Assembly: GCA_039621445.1 (NCBI GenBank)
Contig: CP154954.1
Location: forward strand, 43,503,847-43,567,846
Length of the DNA stretch: 64,000 nt
Direction of reading: 5' to 3'
DNA from: Euglena gracilis
Taxonomy: Eukaryota
In this document: one piece after another, positions 39,701 to 52,900 of the stretch
How the letters are laid out: each line of letters begins with the position of its first letter
Position numbering within the stretch: the first letter of the stretch is position 1
The notes under the pieces: model-generated
The model's input: the letters and a program-made list of their open reading frames with translations, nothing else
Database searches by the model: none
What the model was told of the DNA's origin: nothing
Position numbers and translations under genes: made by a program

Positions 39701-42246
39701 GATTGGTTTTTGGAAGTGGGTGGCTGGTTTTTTAAAAAGTCACTGACTGATTTTTTGAAAATGGAAAGTGACCCCCCCCAGTGGGTCGGAAAGCAATGGT
39801 GTGTGTTCGCTGTCTTCTTAGGGACCTTCTCCTATCTCTGCACTTGCTGATTTGTCTGGAGACAATTTCCTAGGTGTCAGGTGTGTGGGCCAGTGAACAC
39901 AAAAATACAACTTCTTAAAATACTTTGGGGAAATCGAGTAAGCAAATTCCACAATGACTGAAAGAGAGCAAAATGGGGAAAGAACCAACTCCAACACAAC
40001 TGACTGCACTGCTCCTGGCAATCCTGGTTTTTGGTGGTGGCAAAGGAGGCTGCCTGCAATGACACCACGTCGCCACCCCACTCCACATCCTCTGCAACCC
40101 CCGGGCCGTTTCCGGTGGACCTCGCTTGGCCTCGGTTCGCCCTGGCCGAGCGAGGGTTCCCGGCGCGGAACGGGGTGCTACACCAGCCACCTGAACCCCA
40201 TCGCCTGAACCACCGACCCCCACAGCTCTGGCTCAACCCCCGATGCCCCACAGCTCTGGCTCAATCCCCGAAGCCCCTGGCCACCCTGGGCCCACCCCCG
40301 CAGCTCTGGCCACCCTGGGCCTCAACCTCCGCAGCTCTGGCCCCCCCCCCCCCCCCCCCCCGGCAGCTCTGGCCACCCTCCCCCCCCATCCCACCAGCCC
40401 CGCAGCCCCCTGTCAGCCCACGCCGCCCTGGACGCTGTACCCTCTGGCAGCCCTCTCTGCCCCTCTCTGGCAGTGTGGACCTCAGCCCCCGGCAGCCGCC
40501 TGGCAGCTTTCTGACTGGCAGTGTGGACCTCAGCCCCCGGCAGCCGCCTGGCAGCTTTCTGACAACATTGTGACATTGTGATGCCGGGAAACTGTGCTTT
40601 ACCCTCTGTACCCGCCAACCTAACTCGTACCCTGGACCTGTCTCCCACCCTTGCACATGCTGATTTGTCTCCTTGTTTTTTCCCTCCAAAAGCCAATTCC
40701 CAGGGTTAAAAAGTTCCGAGCATCTCATCCAAGCTTCCAGTCACAAATTTGTAAAAAAAAATGCTTTTCGGTTTTTTTTTCGTCACCGGGGGCCAATAAT
40801 TCAACGTTTCCCCCTCTGACCCTGACCCGCCCGGGAAAATGGCCCAGCTGTGTACGCGCCAGGGGGGGGAGGTTGGTTATTGGTATTTTGTCCCTACCCC
40901 TCAACCCGGAAATAGTTTTCCCGGGAAACTGTCCTTGACCCTCTGTACCGCACCGGGGTGGCTATTTTCGGAGTGAGTGACTTTTTGGTTCCCCCCTGGG
41001 AGTGGGGTGGGGTCGGCCACCTGGCACCAAAGGCGGCGGGAATTTTTTGGGGGTTTTTTTGACCAAAATTCATTTATTTTCAGCCAGTTTTTTTTTTTTT
41101 TGCCATTTTGTCATTTTGGCCAAGTGGCCAAAGTGACTGACCATCCCCCCTGGGGGGGAGTAGGGTGTGGGTGATTGGTTTTTGGAAGTGGGTGGCTGGT
41201 TTTTTAAAATGTCACGGACTGATTTTTTGAAAATGGAAAGTGATCCCCCCCCCAGTGGGTCGGAAAGCAATGGTGTGTGTTCGCTGTCTTCTTAGGGACC
41301 TTCTCCTATCTCTGCACTTGCTGATTTGTCTGGAGACAATTTCCTAGGTGTCAGGTGTGTGGGCCAGTGAACACAAAAATACAACTTCTTAAAATACTTT
41401 GGGGAAATCGAGTAAGCAAATTCCACAATGACTGAAAGAGAGCAAAATGGGGAAAGAACCAACTCCAACACAACCGACTGCACTGCTCCTGGCAATCCTG
41501 GTTTTTGGTGGGGGCTGAAAGGGGGCTGCGGGGCTGCTGGGATGGGGGGGGGAGGGTGGCCAGAGCTGCGGGGGGGGAGGGTGGCCAGAGCTGCGGAGGT
41601 TGTGGCCAGGGTGGCCAGAGCTGCGGGGGTGGGCCCAGGGTGGCCAGGGGCTTCGGGGATTGAGCCAGAGCTGTGTGGCATCGGGGGTTGAGCCAGAGCT
41701 GTGGGGGTCGGTGGTTCAGGCGATGGGGTTCAGGTGGCTGGTGTAGCACCCCGTTCCGCGCCGGGAACCCTCGCTCGGCCAGGGCGAACCGAGGCCAAGC
41801 GAGGTCCTCCGGACACGGCCCGGGGGTTGCAGAGGATGTGGAGTGGGGTGGCGACGTGGTGTCATTGCAGGCAGCCTCCTTTGCCACCACGCCGCCCTAG
41901 ACGCTGTTCCCTCTGGCAGCCCTCTCTGCCCCTCTCTGGCAGTGTGGACCTCAGCCCCCGGCAGCCGCCTGGCAGCTTTCTGACAACATTGTGACATTGT
42001 GATGCCGGGAAACTGTGCTCTACCATCTGTACCCGCCAACCTAACCTGTCCTCGTACCCTGGACCTGTCTCCCACCCTTGCACATGCTGATTTGTCTCCT
42101 GGCTTTTTTTCTCCAAAAAGCCAAATCCCAGGGTTAAAAACTTCCGAACATTTTATCCAAGCTTCCAGTCACAAGTTTGTAAAAAAAAATACTTTTCGGG
42201 TTTTCTTCGTCACCGGGGGCCAATAATTCAACTTTTCCCCCTCTGA
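36792..42246 (+). repeat. Tandem array of about 1.49-kb units (3 full plus 1 rearranged; a partial unit lies upstream)
   Basis: The unit start CAGTGGGTCGG..AAGCAATGGTGTG recurs at about 36792, 38289, 39779 and 41253. Units contain GCAGCTCTGGC subrepeats. Confidence 0.92.
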
Positions 42247-43470
42247 CCGGGAATCGAACCCACGACCTCCCGGCTCCTCGGCTAGCGTCATGCTTCCAGA
42301 CTACCGGTGGGGACAAAGGAGGTCCTCACCTGGCGGTTCACCGGTCTCCCGCCTGGCAGCCTCCTGAGTCCCCAGTGCCGATCCGCAATATCCCATAGTC
42401 GTGTACCAACCCACGGCGATCCCCACACTCCCCTTCCTAAGGAGCGACCGGAGTGCGCTCTTCACGACTCCTTTTTGATCGCTGTCGGGCCCTTGCGAGT
42501 CAGGGGTGCTGAGTGCCCTTGTAAGTTAACTAACCTCAGGCGCTAACCTTAAAAGCTAACCCAGGCGCCCACAGAACTAGCCAGGGGACTTGACCCAACC
42601 AGGGGCCTACAGTTTCAATGATGAAACAATTAGGATAATCCCCTCCTAACTGAATTTTAACCACTGACCACATTTTAACCACTGACTCCCACAGGGCTCT
42701 GTCACTACTCTGTCCTTACTCAAGCTGATTATCCATTTGCCATTGGCATATCTGGTTCAAGTTTCAAGTCAATTCAAGTTGTCAAGATTTCATGGGAAGT
42801 GGAAGTTGATTATCTGTTCAAGTATTGGTCCGGTGATCTGAAGTGAAGTCTGAAGCAGCAGTTGTTGCTGCTGGTGTGCCTAAGAAGCGCCAGTTCGCCG
42901 GCACCGAAGACCTTCACTGACCACGACCACCAATTTGAAAGCATTTCGCTGCTTTGAGCAAGACCTACAGGTGTTTTATACCCGATTTGTGACCCCCCAA
43001 GGACCCACCCCACACCAACCCCAAAAAGGAAAAAGGTCTTTTTAACCGAAGAAAATTAAACAATTTTTAACAAAGGCCGCGCGCGGAATTGAAATAAAAC
43101 TGGGCAGGGTAATCCATCCTACGCGGGGACAGGGAAACCCCGCGGACCTGGAACAAGCGGAGCAGCAAAGGGGGTTATCCCGTACAAACCCTCTGCTACC
43201 ATGTGGGCTCTTTGTTTTACGGCTCGTGTTCGCTGCCACAGGAGGCGCCGGTGCCTCTCACCGTCCCGGGCCGGACGCCAATTTCCGGCCCGGGAATCGA
43301 ACCCACGACCTCCCGGTTCGTCGGCTAGCGTCACGCCTCCAAACTACCGGTGGGTACAAAGGGGGTCCTCACCTGGCGGTTCCCCGGTCTCCCGCCAGGC
43401 AGCCTCCTGAGTCCCCAGTGCCGCTCCGGGATATCCCATAGTTGTGGACCAACCCACGGCGATCCCCACA
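42247..43470 (-). mobile_element. TRIM (miniature non-autonomous LTR retrotransposon) with a tRNA-like segment in its LTRs
   Basis: 5' LTR at 43470-43202 (269 bp, TGTGGG..CCCACA). PBS TGGTAGCAGAGG at 43201-43190. About 760 bp of non-coding interior. PPT AGGAAGGGGAG at 42438-42428. 3' LTR at 42427-42247, truncated. Confidence 0.85.
43284..43354 (-). ncRNA. Degenerate tRNA-like sequence (A and B boxes) inside the TRIM LTR
   Basis: CCACCGG-TAGTTTGG...GAGGTCGTGGGTTCGATTCCC has tRNA spacing but imperfect stems. A second copy lies at 42247-42311. Confidence 0.6.
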
Positions 43471-44492
43471 CCCCGAAGGCGTCGCCCGCTCCAGCACGCA
43501 CCCCTGCCAAGCCCCCGGGGGCCTTTGGCCCCGGGGTACCGGGCAAGGCGGGGCGGCACCTCGAGGGTTGGGGCCCAAGGATCCATCAGGCACACGATAC
43601 GTTTTTTTTGGGGGGGCAGTCCGCCCCTCCCATGGGCAAAGACGGGCCCACGGGCTCAAGGGGGCGCCTCGCCGGGCAGCGTGCCCGGAAGCGCCTGCCC
43701 CCTTCCCCGTGTACCACCCCTCCCCGACAGCACGCGCCACACACGGCACGTGGTGCCACCGCTTCGTGCGTTCAAAAATGAAAAAAAAAAATTTTTTTGG
43801 AGGGGGGGCGGGCACCCCGGACCGGCAAAGGAGTCCAATTTTTAATTGCATGGCAATTTTTTTGAGGAGGGGAGTGTGCGCGGTCCGAGGGTGCCCGCCC
43901 CAAGGGGGGGCTGAAAGGGGCCACAAAGGGCCGCGAGGGGGCTCCAAGGCCCCTAAGGGCCTTTTGAGGCCCCACTGGCCCCCAAGGGGGCCCCACAGCC
44001 ATTTTACCAAGGCAAGGGTAGGTAAAGGAGGGGGCAGGTTGAGGGGGCCAACAGGCAACCCCCAAGGGGATGCGCAAGCCCTCCTGGGCTTTGCGCAAGC
44101 ATGCGCACCCCCTTGGTGGGCGCCCAGATGGCACAATTCATTAAGAATTGCGCAGAGTATACCAAGTAGCCCCCCCAGCTGTAGCCCCCCTCCAATTGTA
44201 CATTTTCTGTGCACCGGGCTCTGTTTTTTATCTGTCATTTGGCGTCAATTGTTTTGCATTGCAAGTGCCAATTCAAAGTACAAATGAAGGAAAGTTCAAA
44301 TTACAATTACAATATCAAGTTCAAGTCTCATTGACCAAGTATCCAAGTTCATTTGGTGAGCCAAAAGTATGTAATTTTCAACATCACCATCCTTACCAAC
44401 ACCCACTCCTACCCCACTTTTCCTCCAAGGGGAAAACCCCCACCAGGTGGGCCCGACGGGCTCAAACTTGAACGATCATACACAGGTTGCGC

Positions 44493-47400
44493 CACCAGGG
44501 GTCCCCAAACAGGGACCTCAGGAGGGGCAATCTTTACACCCTGTGCAGTGCCAAAAGTCTGAAAGACAGAATTATTCCCCACCTCAGCTCCGGAAGGGAC
44601 ATCTCAGAAACCATTTCTGTGCTCTGCGATTTTTTCAAAATGGGTAATGGGTCCCAAACAGCAGCATACCTCTGAACTGAACGATTCCATCCCTTTTTCA
44701 CTTTTGTAAGTAAAGGGTGAAACCGAATGGACTCCAACCCAGGTAAATTTTGGAGAGAGGCATACGCACATCGAGCATCAGACTGTGAAAGTTTGTGTAA
44801 GGTCCAACAGGGCAGTGGCCAGCTCCGTCTTGGAGACTTGCAAGGGCTCCAATCCTGTCTGTTGCAAAATAACAAACAGTTTTCTGAATGCACTGTCATA
44901 ACGCTTCAGGGGTCCCAAAGTCCTCAGGACATTGTCAATGTCTTGATGTGGCACTTTTTGCTGTTCCAAAAGGAACCTGATACCACTGTGCAGGCCAGGG
45001 GCCATTTTGGCCTTGGCATTGATTGCCCCCAACGATTCCTGAACATTCCCTCCCTGGGGGGTATGACCAACATTCCTGTCCCTGGTTTTTACATTTTGAT
45101 TAATAGGGGCCACCATGGACTCGAAAACCACATGGATGTCACCAAAAGGAATTTTACCTGCTTGTTCAGTCTCAGTCTGATGAGCCAAGGAAAAATCACC
45201 TTCCAGGGGGGGGGGGGGTTGGCATAAGCATCTCTGACTGAAGACAGGTCGCATTTCAATGCATCCACCAGAGAAGCTTGGTGGTGGGGCCATCTGGCCA
45301 CAAAGTTTTGGAATTTTGCATTTCCTGGAGGTGCAAACATGCCTGTGTCTGGAGTAATGTCTGTTCTGAAAAACTGCAGGATTTGGGTGAACAGGTCTGG
45401 GCACAGGGTATAATCCCCCCTGTCCTGCTCCCATCTTGTGAGGGGGTCTGCCAACATTTCTGATGAAGGAAACCACTGGACCTGCAGTTGGACATGGTTT
45501 TCCCAACACCAGTGAAACAGAGGTTCCAGAATCTGATTGAGGTGCTGTTTTCTGCCACCCCACTTGGTGAGATAACTCAGTGCCACCTGATTGTCTACAT
45601 TTAGTAGCTCAGTTTCTCCATGCTGAGCAAAGGCTTTTACTGTCTGTACTGCTGCCATCAGCTCTTTTACATTTATATGTAAACAACTTTTCTCCCTCCA
45701 AAATTTTTGGACGATTCGATTTTGGGAGGAGTCTACTCCCCCCCATGCCCATGTGGAGGAGTCTGAATGGAGCACCCTTTTGCCTGTTGGAGAAAAGGTC
45801 TGCCCAGACCTGGTTGCAGGTATGCCTTTAGGACTTTGATTTCCCCCTTCAGTTTTTCTGGGATGTCTATGCAAAAATCCCAGCCCATTTCCTGATGCAG
45901 CTGGCTGAACTTTAATAGCTCCTGGGTTACCAATCTCAAAAATGGTAGAGCAGGGAAGTAACTTCTGATTTGTCCCAGAATGCTTGAAATATTTCTGCAA
46001 CTCAATTTTTGGGCCAGTACCTCCTTGCCCAGTTCCTTTCTGATGGTTTTTAATTTGTGGGGGCCACCTTCAGTTGACCTTTTTCCAGATCGATTATGAA
46101 CCCCAAGTGTTGCAGTCTTTGGGTGGGAGTAAACACATACTTTTTCTCGCTGACCTTGAACCCAGCCTCCCCTAATGTTTTCAGCACTGTTAAAAAATGC
46201 TTTTTGACCGAATTTTCTGTTGAACCAAACAGAATGATGTGGTCCAAATGGACGAACACCTGCAATCCCTTTGATCGCCACAGTTTTAGTAGGACTTTCA
46301 TTAGTGACATGAACATTTTTGGGGGGGTGCTTAGGCCAAAACATGCCCCCTGAAACTCCCACAGGTCTGGGCACACCTGAATTCTGACAATTTTTTTGAA
46401 ACCTATTTCCAGACCCAGATGAAAGTACGCATCTTTCAAGTCCAGTTTGACTGACTGCCCAATCCCCTTTCTTCAGAGTGGGGAAAATGGTGGACATGTT
46501 TTCCAGAGTGAACTTTTCTGGACAGCAGAATTGATTTAGATCTCGACAATATGTGATAAGTCGATGCTTGACCCCCTCCCCTTCTGGTTTTGACAACACA
46601 AACCAGGGTACCAGGTGGTGTTCACCGGCCCCACCCCCTGTGCGCCGCCGGTCGCCCCCGCGACCGGCGAGTCCCGGTGGGCCGAGGGCCCGGGGGGGTC
46701 CTCGCCGTCGTGGATAACCACCGACAGCAGGGGGGTGGGTGTTTCCGGGGTGGGGCCTGTGCTTTCTCGGGGAATTGGTGGGCTCAAGCCAACCCCCATT
46801 TTTTCACCCAGGTGATTTCCCCAACCCCAGCCGGCGCGTAGGATCGTTTTTTCAAAGTTTTCCGAAATTTTTGTGAAAAACGAAAAATCTGCCATTTGCA
46901 ATGAAATCGAACTTTTCTCTCTGAAATCTCACTTTTCTCTCTTTCTCTCTCTCACACTCTCTTGCACAAACCAACCCACAAACCAACCCACTGTATCTGA
47001 AATGAATCCCAACCCACTGGAGAAGCAAACACACTGTTGGAAATCTGTGCGAGTGACTGAATGTAATGAAAAAAACAACCTGGGGCAAAGAAGAGGGGAT
47101 AGGGAATAGGAGTGGCGGTGGGGGTGGCGGTGTTGTAGGGTCTCCTTCAAACCAATCCTTCAATGAATTCAACCAACAATGTAATGCCCAACAATGTAAT
47201 TGCCAATTCCAATTCAACAATGTGATTGATCAAATCCAATTCAATGTATTTCTTCTTTGCCAAATAATGGGGAAAACCCCTCAAGTTCTGTGAAAAAAAC
47301 AGAATTCGAAAGGTCTTAGAAATTTGACCCGCTTCCAATTTAAGTCGCGGGTTTTTTTAACTGGTTGGCTGTTACCCGCGACTTTGAAATTTGCGCTTTC

Positions 47401-50400
47401 TGGCAATTTTTGGCTGCCGGCGAAAGCCGGCGGCCGACACCCCCTCCCTTGCGACCTTAGTCGGACACTAAAAACTCCCCCCCCCCCCCCCGTTCCTCAA
47501 CAACGGGGGGGAAATCCTCCAATCGGCACTCCTTCACCCAAAGCCTATGTCCCACACATGCTCCCTTGAACCAACCAAACGGGAAACAAAATTCAGGGAC
47601 TATGGCTTTTAAGTGCCTTCAAGCCTTTGGGAAAGATTCGGTTCACCAACCAATGGATATTTGGCTGCCCCCCCCCCCCGCTTCTCACGGGTGGAATGAG
47701 GGTCTTCACCAAGATCTGCCCCCCCTTCCAACGGGTCGGGGGATTTTTGGTAAAAATTCGGTTGGCGCCCCCCCCCCCTCGGGTCGGGGGGTTTTTTGGT
47801 TCAAATTCGTCAAGCCCCCCCCCCCTCCTCGGGCCGGGGGATTTTTGTCAAAAAAAAAATCAAGCGCCCCCCCCTCTCCTCGGGCCGGGGGGATTTTTGT
47901 CCAAAAATCAAACGCCCCCCCCCTCCTCGGGCCGGGGGGATTTTTGTCAAAAAAATCAAACGCCCCCCCCCCTCCTCGGGCCGGGTTTTTTTTAAAAAAT
48001 CAAGCGCCCCCCCCCCCTCCTCGGGCCGGGGGGATATTTGTCAAACCGAAAGGGGCTCATTATGTGACCATGGACTCCCAACCACATCATCCACATATCC
48101 GATGCTTTGAAAAGGACTCCTTACAACACCACCATATGGGACGTGACGGCAATGTGGGGTAAGGTGTAAGGGCAGCGGGGTAAGGTAGAGGGAGGGAAGG
48201 GAGACAGCGGACGGCAATATAGCGAACGTGCAGCGAATATACTGTGGTGCCCCGGCCCCCTTGCGGGGCCTTTTTTTTACCTTTCTCCATTCTCCTTGCA
48301 AATCCTTGCATCTGTACATTCTCTCTTTCACACACCCGTGCGCATGTGCGCACAAACACACACACGGACGTGCAAAATCGGTTTTTGAATTTTGGTGTTG
48401 GGTTAAAAACAGCACTTTGCCTTCCCATCAGGCTCACCGTAGAGCCTTGGACAGGGCCTTATGGCTCACCTTAGAGCCTACGGCCCACCATCAATTTTTA
48501 GTTCGGACATTATGTCCATTTTCACTTTTTTCTCACGACAATACTTTACAAACTCCCCACTGAAACGGTGAATGAAATTTCCAGCCGGTTCCCAGGTTTC
48601 CTCCCCGTCTTCATATCCGACCCACTTTGTTAAAAACTCCCACTTTCCATCCTTTCCTTTCCGATGCCTTAGAATTTTCTCCACCTCCCACTCATCAGGT
48701 AATGCCTCTTCTTCTTTTTCGGTTCGTTTATAATAAAAAAGAGGCACCCCCTTACCTTCAACTTGGGGTTCCCGATATTCCTTCAAAAAACTCCTATGAG
48801 CTTTTGTCTCTACCCCAGGTTTCATTTCGATTACATAACTCCGTTCCCCCTCTCTTCCCTTCACGACCCCAGGTCCCACCCACCTAGAGTCAAGCTTCTC
48901 ACCCGACCCCTCGGGTCTCCTATACCAAACCGTCGTCCCCACCTTTAGGGGTTCCATTTCTTTCCTCCCCTTATTTATCCTTGCCACCTCCTCCTCGTGC
49001 TTTTTATTGAGTATCCTAGCCACCCTCCCATCAATGTCTTGCATCCTATGGAAAAACTCCACCGAATCCTCACATTCTTTGGGTGGTTGGTAGGGTACCC
49101 CTGCCAATGGTCTTTCCCTTCCAGTCACAATTTCATATGGGCTGAACCCGCTTTCCCCCTTTACGTCGTGAATTCGGTCCAAAGCTTGGGGTAAAGCCTC
49201 AACCCAATTAATTTTTTCCTCCACGTACAATTTTCTCAACACCTCCATTACCTGCTGTCCGGCTCTCTCAACCCTCCCGTTTGCTTGGTGGTGGTACGCT
49301 TGGGAATACGCTTGCCTAATCCCCAAAAGTGCACACATGTTTTTCCACCAAGTGCTTGTAAAATGGCTCCCTTGGTCACTCGAAATGACTGAAGGAACCC
49401 CAAAAGGCCTCCACTGATTTTTCAACATTTCCTTAGCCAACTTGGCACCGGTTAATCCCTTGTCCTTGCATGCAACCCCCACAATCCAACCCGAATGCCT
49501 ATCCACACAAAGGGCTAGGGTGTCATACTCCCCCCCATCGTGTAAAACCCTTGGCATTCGAAACAAATCGATGGCAACACTTGTCATTAATGCAGGGGGT
49601 ATGGGTGTGGACTCGATCGGTCCTTTCAAAATCTCCCCCCTCACACTCGCTTGGCATGTGGAACAATTTTTGCTGCAACTTTGGTTGAGTTGTTTTGCAG
49701 CCTTTTCATCAGCCCAAACAAAACGGATTGCCATGTGTTTCCAAACTTTTTCAGGGCCAACGTGCCCCAAAAACTCGTGAATTTCTTGAATCACCAAGTG
49801 TTGAAAACTTTCAGGCACACACAACTTTTCTTCAAAAAACAATTGACCATTTAGCACTTTGAAACCCTTTGGCCAAATTGAATCGCCTTTGGTAGCTACC
49901 CATTTTTCTTTCCATGTGGGGCAGTGGGAATATGCTTCCCCCCAATCACGCTCCCATACGGGCTTAATATCCTTAGGGGTCGTACTTGGCAGGGCGTCCC
50001 CCACTTCCATACGAGTGTCCCCCCTCGAACTTTCAGCCGTCTCCGGGACAGGGGTCGTCTCCCCCCCCACTTTCTCATCCCAAAAATGAACTCGTTTCTT
50101 TTCTTTCCTGGGCCCTTGTGAGTGGGTGTCCACAGGGGTGTCTTTTCCTCCTGGGTCTACCCCACCCTCGGTTCCCCTCCTTGTGCACTCTCCTTTTTCC
50201 TCCTCGGGTGTTACGTTTTTGCCACTACGGGTGGTCACCCCCCGTATCCAGGCATTACGTAAATTGGGCTGGTTTTTGATTCTTATCTCCAAACACTGTT
50301 TTTCCTCTTCTTTTTCCTCCCGGATAAAATTTTCCATTTCATCCTTGTCTTCGGCTGACCCGTGCTTACTTATGTCCCTTAGGGCCTGTGAAGCTGGGTA

Positions 50401-51471
50401 TGCCCACCGACTAAGGATATCGGCTATGGTGTTTTCTTTACCCGGGATGTATCCCACCGTCAAATCATACTTGGAGAAAATTTGGTGCCATCTCGCCCTC
50501 CTCCCAACCGGACCACTATAAGGACCCCCCTATAACCGTTACACTATAAGGACAGGTGGGGGGGGGTTGTTCGGACCCCCCCTGCGGGCCAGGGGGGGGG
50601 GTGTGGGGACACCCCCCCCACCTAAACTTTGGCGCAGTCCGGGTGACCGATTTTCGGCCCGGCGCTTCGTGCCGGGCCGAAAATTTGACATCCAGCGATT
50701 AAAGCAATTAAAGCGATTAAAGTGCAAGCAGCACATAATGTTTTTTCATCAGCTCAATGGCAAAAAATTACCAAAAACTCCGGCGCGAAGCGCAGGAGGA
50801 AAAAATTGACCTTTTGGGGGGGTCCCGGGTACCCCCCCCCCCGGGTCGGTCCGGACCCCCCGCTGCGGGCCAGGAGGGGGGGGGGGGACACCCCCCCACC
50901 TAAACCATGTACGCCCTCCTTATATCGAACCCTGGCCAACCTGCAACCCCCAACCAGGGGTGGTCGCACCACCAGGTGCCAAAAACAACCCAATTTTCAA
51001 AGCCACCTACAACCCCTGACCAGGGGGGTGCATACTTTGTCCAGGGTTGCAGGTAAAAAAATGCCAACAACCAGGGATGGTCGGTGGACAGGGGGGGGAG
51101 GAGGAGACCAGTAATTCAAATGCGGGGGATGGCTGGGGCTGCGGGGAAACCCCAAAAACAGAAAATTTAAAAATCATGTTCTCAAGCTTTTTTTTTCCGA
51201 GATGGACAAAAGCACACGGAAAAGCAGCGTGTTGGTTCTGGGGGAAGAGGCCACAGTCCCCCTTCGACCCAAATGGGAATCCAAATGAGAGGGGAGAGGG
51301 GGTGATCATGAACCACCTCCCCCTTTTTTCAATGGGAAATAACCTGGTGCAAGCGCTGGGAATTGGGGGGGGGGGGCTTTAAAAAGTGCTTAAAAGGCGC
51401 TTTTTCAGGATGTTTCTTCAAAAAAGTGACAAAAAATGCTGAAAACAGAGGTTTTCCGGAGGAAGTGCGAG
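44493..51471 (-). repeat. Left arm of a 7-kb inverted duplication (copy of 51973-58920)
   Basis: Reverse-complement copy of the DIRS-B 3' part, an LTR (46619-47439), the integrase ORF and the CACTA-ended segment. Confidence 0.95.
48478..50463 (-). CDS. Gypsy RNase H end, integrase and chromodomain (uninterrupted copy, in the inverted arm)
   Basis: YIPGKENTIADILSR; HEFLGH..CSTC (HHCC); IDLF..SDQGSHF..VER (DDE); WVGPG; EWEVEKILRHR..FLTKWVGYE..TWEP. Confidence 0.93.
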   Translation of the reverse strand: MTVGYIPGKENTIADILSRWAYPASQALRDISKHGSAEDKDEMENFIREEKEEEKQCLEIRIKNQPNLRNAWIRGVTTRSGKNVTPEEEKGECTRRGTEGGVDPGGKDTPVDTHSQGPRKEKKRVHFWDEKVGGETTPVPETAESSRGDTRMEVGDALPSTTPKDIKPVWERDWGEAYSHCPTWKEKWVATKGDSIWPKGFKVLNGQLFFEEKLCVPESFQHLVIQEIHEFLGHVGPEKVWKHMAIRFVWADEKAAKQLNQSCSKNCSTCQASVRGEILKGPIESTPIPPALMTSVAIDLFRMPRVLHDGGEYDTLALCVDRHSGWIVGVACKDKGLTGAKLAKEMLKNQWRPFGVPSVISSDQGSHFTSTWWKNMCALLGIRQAYSQAYHHQANGRVERAGQQVMEVLRKLYVEEKINWVEALPQALDRIHDVKGESGFSPYEIVTGRERPLAGVPYQPPKECEDSVEFFHRMQDIDGRVARILNKKHEEEVARINKGRKEMEPLKVGTTVWYRRPEGSGEKLDSRWVGPGVVKGREGERSYVIEMKPGVETKAHRSFLKEYREPQVEGKGVPLFYYKRTEKEEEALPDEWEVEKILRHRKGKDGKWEFLTKWVGYEDGEETWEPAGNFIHRFSGEFVKYCREKKVKMDIMSELKIDGGP

Positions 51472-52900
51472 GGAAGAATTTTTTTGGGCTTTCGGGGGCG
51501 GTCCAGGACCCCTCCAGCACTGGCCGCGTTGGAGCACTGCTGCCCCGGGACCTGCACTGGGGGAGAAACGGCACTACCAGAACCTTGAAAGCAACCCTTT
51601 TATGACTACAAATCAGCTTTGTATTGTCTGACTCCCTCCGAGGCTCGTTGGCCCGGGCCATGTTTGCCCCAACAATCCGTTGTGGACGGGGGGGAATGAA
51701 GTTGGTCCTGGTTTTGGACGGCAACCCATCTCAAAATCAATGCTCACTTGGAACCCTGGAGGATAAGCCAGAAACAAAACTTAAATAAAACTTTGCATGC
51801 GGTCCCTCCACTCCAACTAGGGGTTTTTCTCAAGACCTGGGCGGTCCCCCCACCCACCAACCCACCCCCTTGTGGGGGGGGTTCCGGGGGACCCACTTAA
51901 CTGCTTAATTTTCCCCGAAAATGACCAAAAATCGAGTAAAATTCTAAAATTAGCACCTTTTCAAAAATCGCACTCGCACTTCCTCCGGAAAACCTCTGTT
52001 TTCAGCATTTTTTGTCACTTTTTTGAAGAAACATCCTGAAAAAGCGCCTTTTAAGCACTTTTTAAAGCCCCCCCCCCAATTCCCAGCGCTTGCACCAGGT
52101 TATTTCCCATTGAAAAAAGGGGGAGGTGGTTCATGATCACCCCCTCTCCCCTCTCATTTGGATTCCCATTTGGGTCGAAGGGGGACTGTGGCCTCTTCCC
52201 CCAGAACCAACACGCTGCTTTTCCGTGTGCTTTTGTCCATCTCGGAAAAAAAAAAGCTTGAGAACACGATTTTTAAATTTTCTGTTTTTGGGGTTTCCCC
52301 GCAGCCCCAGCCATCCCCCGCATTTGAATTACTGGTCTCCTCCTCCCCCCCCTGTCCACCGACCATCCCTGGTTGTTGGCATTTTTTTACCTGCAACCCT
52401 GGACAAAGTATGCACCCCCCTGGTCAGGGGTTGTAGGTGGCTTTGAAAATTGGGTTGTTTTTGGCACCTGGTGGTGCGACCACCCCTGGTTGGGGGTTGC
52501 AGGTTGGCCAGGGTTCGATATAAGGAGGGCGTACATGGTTTAGGTGGGGGGGGTGTCCCCCCCCCTCCTGGCCCGCAGCGGGGGGTCCGGACCGACCCGG
52601 GGGGGGGGGGGTACCCGGGACCCCCCCAAAAGGTCAATTTTTTCCTCCTGCGCTTCGCGCCGGAGTTTTTAGTAATTTTTTGCCATTGAGCTGATGAAAA
52701 AAACATTATGTGCTGCTTGCGCTTTAATCGCTTTAATTGCTTTAATCGCTGGATGTCAAATTTTCGGTCACCCGGACTGCGCCAAAGTTTAGGTGGGGGG
52801 GGTGTCCCCCCACCCCCCCCCCTGGCCCGCAGGGGGGGTCCGAACAACCCCCCCCCACCTGTCCTTATAGTGTAACGGTTATAGGGGGGTCCTTATAGTG
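50514..52900. mobile_element. Non-coding segment with CACTA...TAGTG termini at the centre of the palindrome (CACTA-like)
   Basis: CACTATAAGGAC at 50514 and GTCCTTATAGTG ending at 52900, each doubled. Both abut the Gypsy RNase H breakpoint. No transposase was seen. Confidence 0.5.

Noticed and set aside
35881-42116. Pro/Gly-rich ORFs in the tandem array
   Set aside because: ORFs appear in several frames on both strands and frames are not kept between units, as expected for a GC-rich repeat.
43284-43354. Functional tRNA gene
   Set aside because: The acceptor and anticodon stems are imperfect, the two copies differ in the anticodon loop, and the sequence sits inside an LTR.
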